Notes under the pieces: generated by a model | Databases searched by the model: none | Told to the model about the DNA's origin: nothing | What the model saw: only the letters and a program-made list of their open reading frames with translations | Shown: positions 1-8,529 of the stretch, piece after piece | How positions within the stretch are numbered: position 1 is the first letter of the stretch | How the letters are laid out: every line of letters starts with the position of its first letter | Source of the DNA: an uncultured delta proteobacterium | GTDB lineage: Bacteria; Desulfobacterota; Binatia; UBA9968 | Length of the DNA stretch: 64,000 nt | Assembly: GCA_963804165.1 (NCBI GenBank) | Contig: CAWDPO010000017.1 | Coordinates: 160,001 to 224,000, forward strand | Direction of reading: 5' to 3' | Program-made: the position numbers and the translations under genes

Positions 1-625
1 TGATCCAGCGCCCGCCTGCAAGGTGGATGGCGCGTATTTTTTCGTGAGGCATGCGCTCGATAAAGTCATACGGATCGAAGCCGAAGTTGACTGAATTCGC
101 ATAGAGGTTGTGCAGGTCGAGAAGCAGATCGCAGTTTGCCGCAGCGAGAATGTCGCGGATCCAATCCGGTTCGCTCAGCGTACTCCCCGGCGGGTCGATG
201 AGCGTGGCGATATTTTCGACGAGCGGAAGCAAGCCGACAATTGTCCTGGCGGCGGCCAAGTTTCGCGCCGCTCCATCGATGGTCGCGGCTGTTCTTGGCG
301 CGGCGGCGAGATGGCCGATCTCAAATCCACCGCCTCTGACAAAAGCTAGATGTTCCGACCAAAATTCCGGCTGTATTTCGTCGACGAGCCGAGCCGTCTG
401 CTCTAACCGTTTCGCTTCCACTGCGATGGATGATGCCAGTCCAAGGGTGACGCCGTGCAACGCAACCGGTACTTGGGCCGCCAGAGTTTTTAGCGCGCGA
501 CGTTTCGATTTTCCAGCATCGAAATAATCGTCGGCGATCACTTCGACGACGTCGATGCGGTCGAGATGAGCCAATATTCCGGCGGCGAGGTCAGGCCGCC
601 AGCCGAGTCCGAAGCGATCGTTCAT
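1..625 (-). CDS. DUF692 family multinuclear non-heme iron oxidative enzyme (MNIO), 3'-partial at window edge; absent from ORF track
   Basis: Manual translation from the ATG at 625: MNDRFGLGWRPDLAAGILAHLDRIDVVEVIADDY...ALHGVTLGL...FWSEHLAF...LVENIA...LLLDLHNLYAN...IHLAGG. These are the typical DUF692 metal-ligand motifs. Confidence 0.9.
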   Translation of the reverse strand, partial: MNDRFGLGWRPDLAAGILAHLDRIDVVEVIADDYFDAGKSKRRALKTLAAQVPVALHGVTLGLASSIAVEAKRLEQTARLVDEIQPEFWSEHLAFVRGGGFEIGHLAAAPRTAATIDGAARNLAAARTIVGLLPLVENIATLIDPPGSTLSEPDWIRDILAAANCDLLLDLHNLYANSVNFGFDPYDFIERMPHEKIRAIHLAGGRWI

Positions 626-628
626 GGT

Positions 629-1496
629 TTAACTCCCACCACATCCACCGCATCCGCCACCGCCACCGCAAGACGAGCCGCCGCTCGATCCGCAAGCGGA
701 ACCGCAGCCGCTGGTGTCCGAATTTTCTGGGTTGGAATTGTTTGGCGTAGGGAAACGCGGCAGACGGCAGGGCGCCGAGACCAAAAACGGCCATCAACAA
801 CGCGGCATCGGCAGTTTCGCCGCCGGGGCGAAGCATCGCCGCGCGGCCTTTCAGGGACGAGAATAGGTTTCGTAAGTCCGCCAAGAGCGCGTCGCCACGA
901 CGCGTACGGAGTGGGTTGTGCACGCGGATTGCGATGAATACAAAAAACACTGCGAGTAAGACCAGAAAAAAGATATTAGTGCGGCCCCGTTGGAGCGCGA
1001 TGAGTATTTTGAGCGCGGCGACGCCGGTTAAGAGAATTACCGCGGCGCAGAGACGCCACAGGCGAGTCCGTAGAATGGACTCATCCGGTATCAACCTTAA
1101 CCGTTGGAGCGCGTCACCATATTCCTGGCAGGTTGATAGAATTCCTGGGCTCGTAAAAGCGGAAGATGCCTTGGCGCGAAACCTGAAGTGCTGGAGCAAT
1201 GCTTTTTCAACGGGGCGTCGCACGATGTTCACGGCGTTGTCGTTGACGACGACAAGCTGATCGTCGTTCGCTTGCAGCAACCCGCGATCGATCAGCGATA
1301 CGGTCACTACGCGGATGACCTCCTTTTCACCGCCGCGAAGATACGCGAGCAAATAGGGATCCGAGTAGTCGATTCGCGGCGCGTCGTCGGCCTCGGAAGT
1401 GTGGCGTGCGAACCAAAGTAGCGCGATCGTGAGCGCGCCCAAGATCGCGTAGAAAATCAAAAACTCAGGTCCAGATAAATCGAAAGGATTCGCCAT
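629..1496 (-). CDS. TIGR04222-domain membrane protein with Gly/Ser/Cys-rich C-terminal tail (one indel near 723-726)
   Basis: N-terminus MANPFDLSGPEFLIFY, then DPYLLAYLRGG and IALQRGRTNIFFL. Removing one base in the homopolymer at 723-726 gives the tail NSDTSGCGSACGSSGGSSCGGGGGCGGCGGS*, whose stop (629-631) lies 3 bp before the DUF692 ATG. Confidence 0.85.
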
Positions 1497-1500
1497 ACCG

Positions 1501-2250
1501 CTAAGTTAATTTGCTAAGACCCGCTCTCATTTGCTGAGCGACCTCGATCAACTTCAGAAGGCTTGTTCCCGCGAGGCCGGGTGGCAAGACACGTTGTTCC
1601 CGCGCTTCGGAGATGTGCTGCAGCGTTTCGGTCCATGATGAATTTCCCAACGTTTGCACGAACTTTTCGAGAGCGGCCTTTGGCGAGCTGAGGGTCTGAC
1701 CTTCGAGTTCAAGCAAGGTCGCGGCACAGGAGCGAAGCGGACCGGCAGCGTCAGCGATGGCGCGAGCGAGTTGCTCTTCGCGCAGGCCGCGCATCACATA
1801 GGCTTCTCGAAGACGAAGAATGAGATTCAACAACACTTGATCGAGGCGGGTAATTAGGATCTTACGGGGAATGGTTACGCCGACGAAGGGATCCGGTCCA
1901 AACAAGACTTTGCGCCGGCGCAGAATATCGGAGAATTTTTCGGCGAAGGCCGTGATTGAAGACGGCAATTCCGCTTCGAGAATAAACATCGGGCTCAGGC
2001 GAATCGCCGCCTGGGCAACACGGAGCGGATTGCGCAGCTCACCGGCGCGGGCTTGATCAAAGGTGGTGAGAACGAGCAGGAGGTTGACGTCCGAGGTTGC
2101 GCGAAGCCGGCCCTCGGCGGCACTGCCGAATAGGATGATGGAACGTAAGTCGGCTGCGAAGGCCGCTTGCGTGGCGCCGACGAATTCAGTGAGCACACGT
2201 GTGACCTGCGGGGGAAGATCAGGCAACGGAATGGGTTGAGTGGTAGCCAT
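1501..2250 (-). CDS. Nucleotidyltransferase-domain protein (pol beta-like)
   Basis: ILFGSAAEG..TSDVNLLLV motif. Likely start MATTQ at 2250; ends 4 bp before the TIGR04222 gene. Confidence 0.75.
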   Translation of the reverse strand: MATTQPIPLPDLPPQVTRVLTEFVGATQAAFAADLRSIILFGSAAEGRLRATSDVNLLLVLTTFDQARAGELRNPLRVAQAAIRLSPMFILEAELPSSITAFAEKFSDILRRRKVLFGPDPFVGVTIPRKILITRLDQVLLNLILRLREAYVMRGLREEQLARAIADAAGPLRSCAATLLELEGQTLSSPKAALEKFVQTLGNSSWTETLQHISEAREQRVLPPGLAGTSLLKLIEVAQQMRAGLSKLT

Positions 2251-2306
2251 GACGAATCTCCGTTGGATGCCTTTCAAGCGAACGTATTAGACATGTTGCG
2301 CGTGTG

Positions 2307-2567
2307 TCACACTCTCGTAGCGTTGACGCCGCCCGGTTTCTTAAACCGGCGCGAGTGTGGCCCCCAGTCGCAGCCACAGGATTTGCAGGACCACTTCATC
2401 ATGCCTTCCCATTCTTCGCGATCGGCGGCGACGGCGCGACCTTCTTTGATGGCGCGTTGGAGTGCTGGCGTGATGGGGCCGTGCAACACCGGAATGGTTT
2501 TAGCGTTGCCGCATTCGGGGCATCGCGGGCTTTTTTGAATCTTGGCGTTGGAGCGTTTTCGTTTCAC
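2307..2567 (-). CDS. Small zinc-ribbon-like hypothetical protein
   Basis: CPECG...WSCKSCG pattern, 86 aa, co-oriented with neighbours. Confidence 0.55.
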   Translation of the reverse strand: MKRKRSNAKIQKSPRCPECGNAKTIPVLHGPITPALQRAIKEGRAVAADREEWEGMMKWSCKSCGCDWGPHSRRFKKPGGVNATRV

Positions 2568-2595
2568 GGATTTGCTCGGAGTGTCGTGACACGAT

Positions 2596-3606
2596 TCAAA
2601 GTGACCGGCGCAGCTGACTTGCTACTTCAACGAGCAGTTTCGCCTTGACATCGGCGAGCTCGCGGCTGATTGTCATCAGTCCGCAGTCCGGCGCGAGCCA
2701 GAGATTTTCCGGGTCGACGTATTTGAGTGCCGAGCGCACTCGCTCAACGACGCTTGCGACGGCGGGTACCGGCGTATCGCTGGGATCGACGCAACCGAAC
2801 ATCACGATGCGTCCTTTGGCAGCGGCTAAAACTGCCGGGTCGTATCCGCTACGGGCAAACTCGACGCCGAAGCCGCCGATTCTGGTTTTCATCAACTCTT
2901 CGAGCAGTTCGGGATATTCGTATTCGTGCTGCTGCCCGGCGCCGCCGGGATAGCCGTAGCAGAGATGAACGATAGTGGGGACCTGGATGCCTTCGAGGCA
3001 ACGGTCCAGGGCTTTAGCACCGTATGCGAAAACTTTCTCGTGGTAACGGGTCATGGCGGGCTCGTCGAGCTCCAGCACGTCACATCCAGCTGCTTGTAAG
3101 TCGAGCAGCTCTTCATTGAGCGCCGCCGCTACGTCCATCGCCATGGCGGCTTCGTCTTTGTAAAACTGGTCCAGCGTACTGTCGACTACCGTCATCGGTC
3201 CGGGGACGTCCATCTTGATCGGCTTGTTCGTTTGCGCTCTAGCGAAGCGCAGATCCTCAATGATCGCTGGGGTGCGGCGCTTGATTTTGCCAATGACACG
3301 CGGCACCGGGCGCGGCTGCTCACGCCGGCGATAGATTGTTTTCACCGCTTCATGCTCGAGGTCGATGCCCTCGAAGGCGGCGAGAATATGATTGATAAAA
3401 CCCGTGCGCCGCTGCTCACCGTCGGAAAGGAGGTCGAGGCCGATACGTTCTTGCCTGTGAATGCTCAGCGCCGTGGCGTCGTCCTGAGCTTCCTTGAGCG
3501 CAGCGCCTTCGAGACGAAACACGGCGCGACTGCGCTCATTTTGCGCCAGCCAATTAGGTCGGGGAAAGCTACCGATGGTCGTGGCGGCGATCGGTGGAAG
3601 TTGCAT
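2596..3606 (-). CDS. Cobalamin-independent methionine synthase II family (MetE catalytic-domain-only) protein
   Basis: TTIGSFPRP, SDGEQRR, LDEP, HLCYG and LAPDCGL motifs. Confidence 0.9.
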   Translation of the reverse strand: MQLPPIAATTIGSFPRPNWLAQNERSRAVFRLEGAALKEAQDDATALSIHRQERIGLDLLSDGEQRRTGFINHILAAFEGIDLEHEAVKTIYRRREQPRPVPRVIGKIKRRTPAIIEDLRFARAQTNKPIKMDVPGPMTVVDSTLDQFYKDEAAMAMDVAAALNEELLDLQAAGCDVLELDEPAMTRYHEKVFAYGAKALDRCLEGIQVPTIVHLCYGYPGGAGQQHEYEYPELLEELMKTRIGGFGVEFARSGYDPAVLAAAKGRIVMFGCVDPSDTPVPAVASVVERVRSALKYVDPENLWLAPDCGLMTISRELADVKAKLLVEVASQLRRSL

Positions 3607-3797
3607 GGAGCACCTCTGGTCTAGACTTGTTCTTGGCTATACATGCGAGGCCAATGAAACACAAGATTGGCGTGATGGAATCGTGGGGTCACCGTAACTA
3701 AAGGAATCGAAATATCTCGCGCAAAAGCCGACCTTAAGCCGACGAAACGCTAAGGCCAAAAAAACAAATTCTCCTAGGCGTTCAGAGTTTGCTGTTG

Positions 3798-3897
3798 TGT
3801 CATGCTGATGAACGAAGTGAAGCATCTGTTTTTCTATTCGCGCAATTCTTTCAGTCAGCAAAGCAGATTCTTCGTCGCTGCGCTCCTCAGAATGACA
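3798..3897. repeat. REP-like palindromic element (TGTCATGCTG...GAAGCATCTG...CAGATTCTTCG...CAGAATGACA)
   Basis: Imperfect inverted repeat. The same family is present at 60342-60415 plus 61730-61740, where the IS110 interrupts it. Confidence 0.75.
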
Positions 3898-4032
3898 CAT
3901 GAAAGTAAAGTCGGGGCTGAGTCATAAGAACTGCGCGAAGGGGACCAAACCCCGAAATTTTACAAGGCGTGAAAACTTTGATGCAATACAGAAATGGCAG
4001 AGTTCGAAGAATGTTTTTAATCCAACAAATCT

Positions 4033-4752
4033 TTACTCCGCACCCTCCACTGGCTCCCAATGGCCCACGAGCGCGGTGAAGTAGGGCGGCACTTGCGTGT
4101 CAAAACTGAGCGGCTCACCGCTGAAGGGATGGGCGAAGGAAATCGACTTGGCATGAAGTGCCAGGCGGTTGCGGATTTTTCGTTCCGGTCCGTACCTTGG
4201 GTCGCCGACCACCGGGTGTCCGATGGCCGCGAGATGCACGCGAATCTGGTGCTTGCGACCGGTTAAGAGATCGATTTCCAGTAAACTAAAGTCTTTGGTC
4301 TGCCTGAGCACTTTGTAAGTCGTGTGAGCCAGCTTGCCCTTGCGTGCATCGCTGGTCGTGTAGACGCCGTGCGCTTGGTTCTCCGCCAGATACGTCGTGA
4401 TGGTTTCGGCGGCCTTCTCACACCGGCCGTGAACGACGGCGAGATATTTTTTCTTGGTGTTTTGCCACTGGCTCTGCAGTCGAAACTTAGCCGCTTCGTT
4501 CTTGGCGAAAATGAGTATCCCAGAAGTCTCCCGATCGAGCCGGTGCACGATAAAAATACGGTTCCTGGACTTGGCAACACCCCTGCGCACATAATCCGTG
4601 AGAATGAAGTAAGCGGTGCGCGATTTCTCTCGATCCGTGCTGATGGTCAACAGGCCCGGTGGTTTGTCCACCACGATCAAATCTCGGTCTTCATGAAGGA
4701 TCGCGAGTCCTCCCGGCAGGAGTTTACCACTCGGCCCGGTGTGTTTACGCAT
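4033..4752 (-). CDS. RluA family RNA pseudouridine synthase
   Basis: VVDKPPGL, HRLDRETSG, TGRKHQIRVH, PVVGD..YG and LALHA motifs. Confidence 0.92.
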   Translation of the reverse strand: MRKHTGPSGKLLPGGLAILHEDRDLIVVDKPPGLLTISTDREKSRTAYFILTDYVRRGVAKSRNRIFIVHRLDRETSGILIFAKNEAAKFRLQSQWQNTKKKYLAVVHGRCEKAAETITTYLAENQAHGVYTTSDARKGKLAHTTYKVLRQTKDFSLLEIDLLTGRKHQIRVHLAAIGHPVVGDPRYGPERKIRNRLALHAKSISFAHPFSGEPLSFDTQVPPYFTALVGHWEPVEGAE

Positions 4753-5094
4753 TGTCGGTGCTCGGTCTGTCCTATTAACTGAGCCACGTTAGGAGGCGAT
4801 AAACGCCGGTCGCCTATTTCCCAAGACGGCTCCAACAGTCAAATCCGAAACGGTTGAAATATCCGCCGGCTACCCGAGCTTATCAACAATCTTCTAGGCG
4901 CCAAACAGCGCCCTGGTTCGGCGGCCTATCTTCTTATCGGTGTGTATCCTGTTTCTGAATAACTAGGATCTCGAAATTTGCGCGGACTGCGTGAATTTTT
5001 GCAAAGGCGACAGACGCTTATAACCCGACGTATTCTCAGGTCTGCCAAGAAACTTGTTCTGACGCTCCAACACGCTGGACCACCACGCCGCCCC

Positions 5095-5119
5095 AGGGCG
5101 TATCGCGATACGCCCCTAC
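5095..5119 (-). repeat. GTAG-type REP palindrome
   Basis: Minus strand reads GTAGGGGCGTATCGCGATACGCCCT: GTAG followed by a perfect GC-rich palindrome. Confidence 0.6.
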
Positions 5120-5144
5120 ATCCCGACTCCCTCAGGGAATCAAT

Positions 5145-5266
5145 TTTTGCGTTCTTTGCGCCCGCTTCGACCCTGTTCAGGGGTGCTTTGCGGTCAATTT
5201 TCAGATTCCGAATCTTCTTCCTTAAATGATTTGAACGGCTTGAACGGATGGAACGACTGGAACAGG
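5145..5266 (+). repeat. Dispersed intergenic repeat, copy 1 (ends in four 9-bp units T(T/G)GAACNNN)
   Basis: Similar direct copy at 6557-6676; the two copies flank the MFS gene. Confidence 0.7.
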
Positions 5267-5274
5267 TTTTCTTC

Positions 5275-6474
5275 TCATCGGTCTCTTTTCCCCAACAAGC
5301 GATAGAAAAGCGTGGTCGTTACGATCAATGAAACGGCGGCGGTGAGCGCGAGGCCGAGGGACGCGCCGAAAAGGGTCGCCGCAGCGCCCAGGACGATGGA
5401 ACCGATGGAGCGCATTCCTTGATCGAGATTGAACACGCTCATCACGCGGCCCATGAGATTGCGCGGCGCTTCAATCTGAATGATCACCCGGCTGATGGTG
5501 CGGAAACTTACCTGACCTGCGCCCACGAGGGCCAGGAGTAGGACCGAAAGCAAAAAGTTCGGCGATGCGCAAAAAAGCATAAGAAAAATCGGCGTCGCCG
5601 TGGTCATGACCCATAGCAGCATGGCGCGGTTCCAGCGTTCGCCGACAGATGCAAGAAAACTCAACGATGCGATTCCACCCAAACCCGGTGCCGCCATTAG
5701 CATGCCCAATCCCTCGGGACCGACCTGCAGCACTTCCTTGGCAAAAACCGGGAGAAAACTTTGGTAGGTGACAATAAAAACGGCAAAGGTGTAGGCCGCG
5801 ACGATGCTGCTCAAAATCACCGGCGCGTGCCAAACGTAGTGAAAGCCTTCTTTGAACTCGCGCAAAAAATTTTCGTCGCGCTTGATCGACGGTTCCTTAT
5901 TCGTGCGCAGGAACAGCATACCGACGCCCGCGACTATCAGGGTTACTGCAAATGTCGCGTAGCAGCCGCCAATGCCGATCCAAACAATCATTACGCCACC
6001 GAGAGACGGTCCCGCTATCCGAGCGATATTGAAGCCGACGGTGTAGAGCGAGACGGCGTTCATGAGATCTTCGCGCGGAACTAACTCGGCAAGGATTGAT
6101 TGAGCAGCTGACGGATTGATCGCGCGGATCGAACCGGAGAGGATTTCGAGCACAAGCAGGTGCCAGAACGCGAGCGTGCCGAAGGCATAGATCGGCAGAA
6201 AAATTGCTATCGGGATGGCGGAGGCAAAATTTACCAGGATCAACAAAAGCTTGCGATCATAGCGGTCCACCAAGACACCGCTGAGGGCGCCAAGAATCAA
6301 ACGAGGCAACGCGCTGCACAGCCCCAAGATCCCCAACGCCATCGCCGAGCCGGTGATTTCATACGTGATCCAGAAGAGCGCGACTTCCTGAACGAAGTGG
6401 CCGAGGGAACCGAGCAAATCCGTGCACCAGAATAACGCGTAGTCACGGTAGCGTAGCGAGTGAAAAATGCGAAT
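5275..6474 (-). CDS. MFS transporter (MFS_3/EntS-like)
   Basis: About 12 hydrophobic segments and GVLVDRYDRK motif A. The frame extends upstream of the track start to (M)RIFHSLRYRDYALFW, with ATT at 6474 behind AAGGAG. Confidence 0.88.
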   Translation of the reverse strand: MRIFHSLRYRDYALFWCTDLLGSLGHFVQEVALFWITYEITGSAMALGILGLCSALPRLILGALSGVLVDRYDRKLLLILVNFASAIPIAIFLPIYAFGTLAFWHLLVLEILSGSIRAINPSAAQSILAELVPREDLMNAVSLYTVGFNIARIAGPSLGGVMIVWIGIGGCYATFAVTLIVAGVGMLFLRTNKEPSIKRDENFLREFKEGFHYVWHAPVILSSIVAAYTFAVFIVTYQSFLPVFAKEVLQVGPEGLGMLMAAPGLGGIASLSFLASVGERWNRAMLLWVMTTATPIFLMLFCASPNFLLSVLLLALVGAGQVSFRTISRVIIQIEAPRNLMGRVMSVFNLDQGMRSIGSIVLGAAATLFGASLGLALTAAVSLIVTTTLFYRLLGKRDR

Positions 6475-6556
6475 GGCGTGGAGCTCCTTGTGGTCCGATG
6501 TTTTTCACCACGAAGGGCATGAAGATCACGAAGGTAAGAGACATAAGTTCCAAACC

Positions 6557-6676
6557 TTTGCATTCTTTGCGCCCTTTGACCTTACTCAGGACATGCATTG
6601 CGGTTAGGTTTCCGATTCCCAATCTTCTTTCCTAAACGATTTGAACGGCTTGAACGATTGGAACGACTGGAACAAG
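6557..6676 (+). repeat. Dispersed intergenic repeat, copy 2
   Basis: TTCTTTGCGCCC...AATCTTCTT...GATTTGAACGGCTTGAACGATTGGAACGACTGGAACA, shared with 5145-5266. Confidence 0.7.
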
Positions 6677-6815
6677 CTTTTTTGGTAGAACAGCTCTGTT
6701 TATAGCTTTTCTAAGGGACATAGGAAAGGAATCCGTGGCCGTTGCCTTTGGTTGACAGCGAACAAGATTCAGAATAGTTCGTTGTCATCAATTTCACTGA
6801 AGGAGAAAATGTTTT

Positions 6816-7806
6816 GTGGCTTACGATGACCGCAGTGTGAAACCGATGAGCGCCAGCTTGATGCGGGCGCGGATCGCGACCAAAATTTTAGCCGGACTAT
6901 ACGAAGAGGCGCCGACGATCTTGACCAGCGCGATTCGTTTGATGGTCGAATTGCCCGGCGGCAAGAAGGGTTCCGGAGCGCCCTATCCGTTTACCATCGG
7001 TGTGAGCCCAGCGTGGTGTAGCGGCTTGAACGGCGCGAAGCTGGTGGCGAGCGGCAAACTCGATCTGGTCTGGCTCAATCCCTCGATCATTCCTTCCATG
7101 GCCGTGCGCGGTGTCGGACCGTTTCAGAAAAAGAGTCCCCTGCGGGCGCTCGCGGTCTTTCCTTCATGGGATCGCTTGGTGATCGCCGTATCACCGAAAC
7201 TCGGTGTGCGAACGATGGAAGAGCTGATTGCCAAAAGACCTAAAATGCGGGTGTCGATCGCGGTCAACGACTGCGTCGATTTTGCGATCAAGTTTTTGCT
7301 CAAAGCGCACGGTATTTCACAACGAGACTTCATCAAGTGGGGCGGCAAGGTCGACGAAGTCGTGCGTCCGAGCAATCCGCACCGGCGCGAAGGAATTATT
7401 TTCGGCAAGCTCGACATGGTGATCGACGAAGGAATGGACTCCTGGGGCGACGTGGCGGTGGAGCACGGCATGATTTTCTTGTCCTACTCGGAACCGGTGC
7501 TGAAAAAATTAGAGAAGTATGGTTTTCAGCGCGCGCGCCTCGATCATGGCCGGATCGCCGGCATCAACGATCCAACGACGGTGGTGGATTTCAGCGGCTG
7601 GCCCATCGTCGTGCATAAGAAATTTCCTAACGAGCTGGCGTATCACATCGCCGCCGTGATGGACAAAATTCGCGAAGAGATTCCCTACGACGCCGCGGAA
7701 ACGCCGTCGATGAATCAGCTGTGCTCGAACACCGAAGCCGGGCCACTGGATTTTCCGCTGCACTCCGGGCGCGGAGAAGTATTATCGGGAGAAGGGATAT
7801 CTGTGA
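6816..7806 (+). CDS. TAXI/NMT1-like solute-binding-fold protein lacking an obvious signal peptide (one indel near 7767)
   Basis: LRALAVFP and PNELAYHIA motifs. Removing one G near 7767 gives the C-terminus PLHSGAEKYYREKGYL*, typical of TAXI. Confidence 0.75.
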
Positions 7807-7848
7807 GGGGACTGGCTACTTCTGTTCGTTAAGAAGTTGCCTGTCCCC
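7807..7848. repeat. REP hairpin upstream of RAYT
   Basis: GGGGACTGGCTACTTC...GAAGTTGCCTGTCCCC inverted repeat. Confidence 0.8.
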
Positions 7849-7868
7849 GTTCTTTTAAAGGAGCGACC

Positions 7869-8441
7869 GTGCCAAGGATGCCGCGCAGTTTGCAGTCAGG
7901 CCTTATTTACCACGTAATCAACCGCGGTAACGGTCAAGCGAGAGTTTTTCACAAACCCCAAGATTATGAGGTGTTTCTTGATCTCCTCGCCGCTGCGAAG
8001 CGACGGAAGCCTGTCAAACTATTTGCCTTTTGTTTAATGCCAAACCATTTCCATCTTGTCGTCGAACCAGAAACTTCACTGGACCTGAGTCACTTCATGC
8101 AATGGCTCATGACGTGTCATGTACGACGTTACCATAGATATTACGAAAGTAGCGGTCATGTCTGGCAGGGCCGCTTCAAGAGTTTCCCAATACAGCGTGA
8201 TGATCATCTAGTGACTGTGTTGCGCTACGTCCGACAAAATCCGGTGCGTGCGGGTCTAGTCTCGATCGAATCGGCGTGGTCTTGGTCAAGCGCGATCCGC
8301 AGCGATCTACTTGATCCATCTCCGGTGGAGGATTGCCGTTACGAAGAAGCTTTGTCGACTGGCCAGTTGCGCGAGCTTCGGGAGCGTCTGAATCGGCAAC
8401 ATCCGTTTGGATCGGACGAATGGCGGCGGACGATCACGTGA
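7869..8441 (+). mobile_element. REP-associated tyrosine transposase (RAYT, Y1 HUH family)
   Basis: YHVINRGN, FCLMPNHFHL (HUH), GHVWQGRFKS, YVRQNPVRAGL and WSWSS motifs; flanked by REP hairpins. Confidence 0.9.
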
Positions 8442-8473
8442 AGAGCATCGGAGAAGGGGGACAGCATCGGATA

Positions 8474-8520
8474 AGGGGACAGGCAACTTTTTCAAAAGAC
8501 GAAAAAGTAGCCAGTCCCCT
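8474..8520. repeat. REP hairpin downstream of RAYT
   Basis: AGGGGACAGGCAACTTTTTC...GAAAAAGTAGCCAGTCCCCT. Confidence 0.8.
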
Positions 8521-8529
8521 TAATCACGA

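Noticed and set aside
5229-5266. 9-bp tandem units and other short repeats as a CRISPR array
   Set aside because: No 25-45 bp repeats with unique spacers and no cas genes
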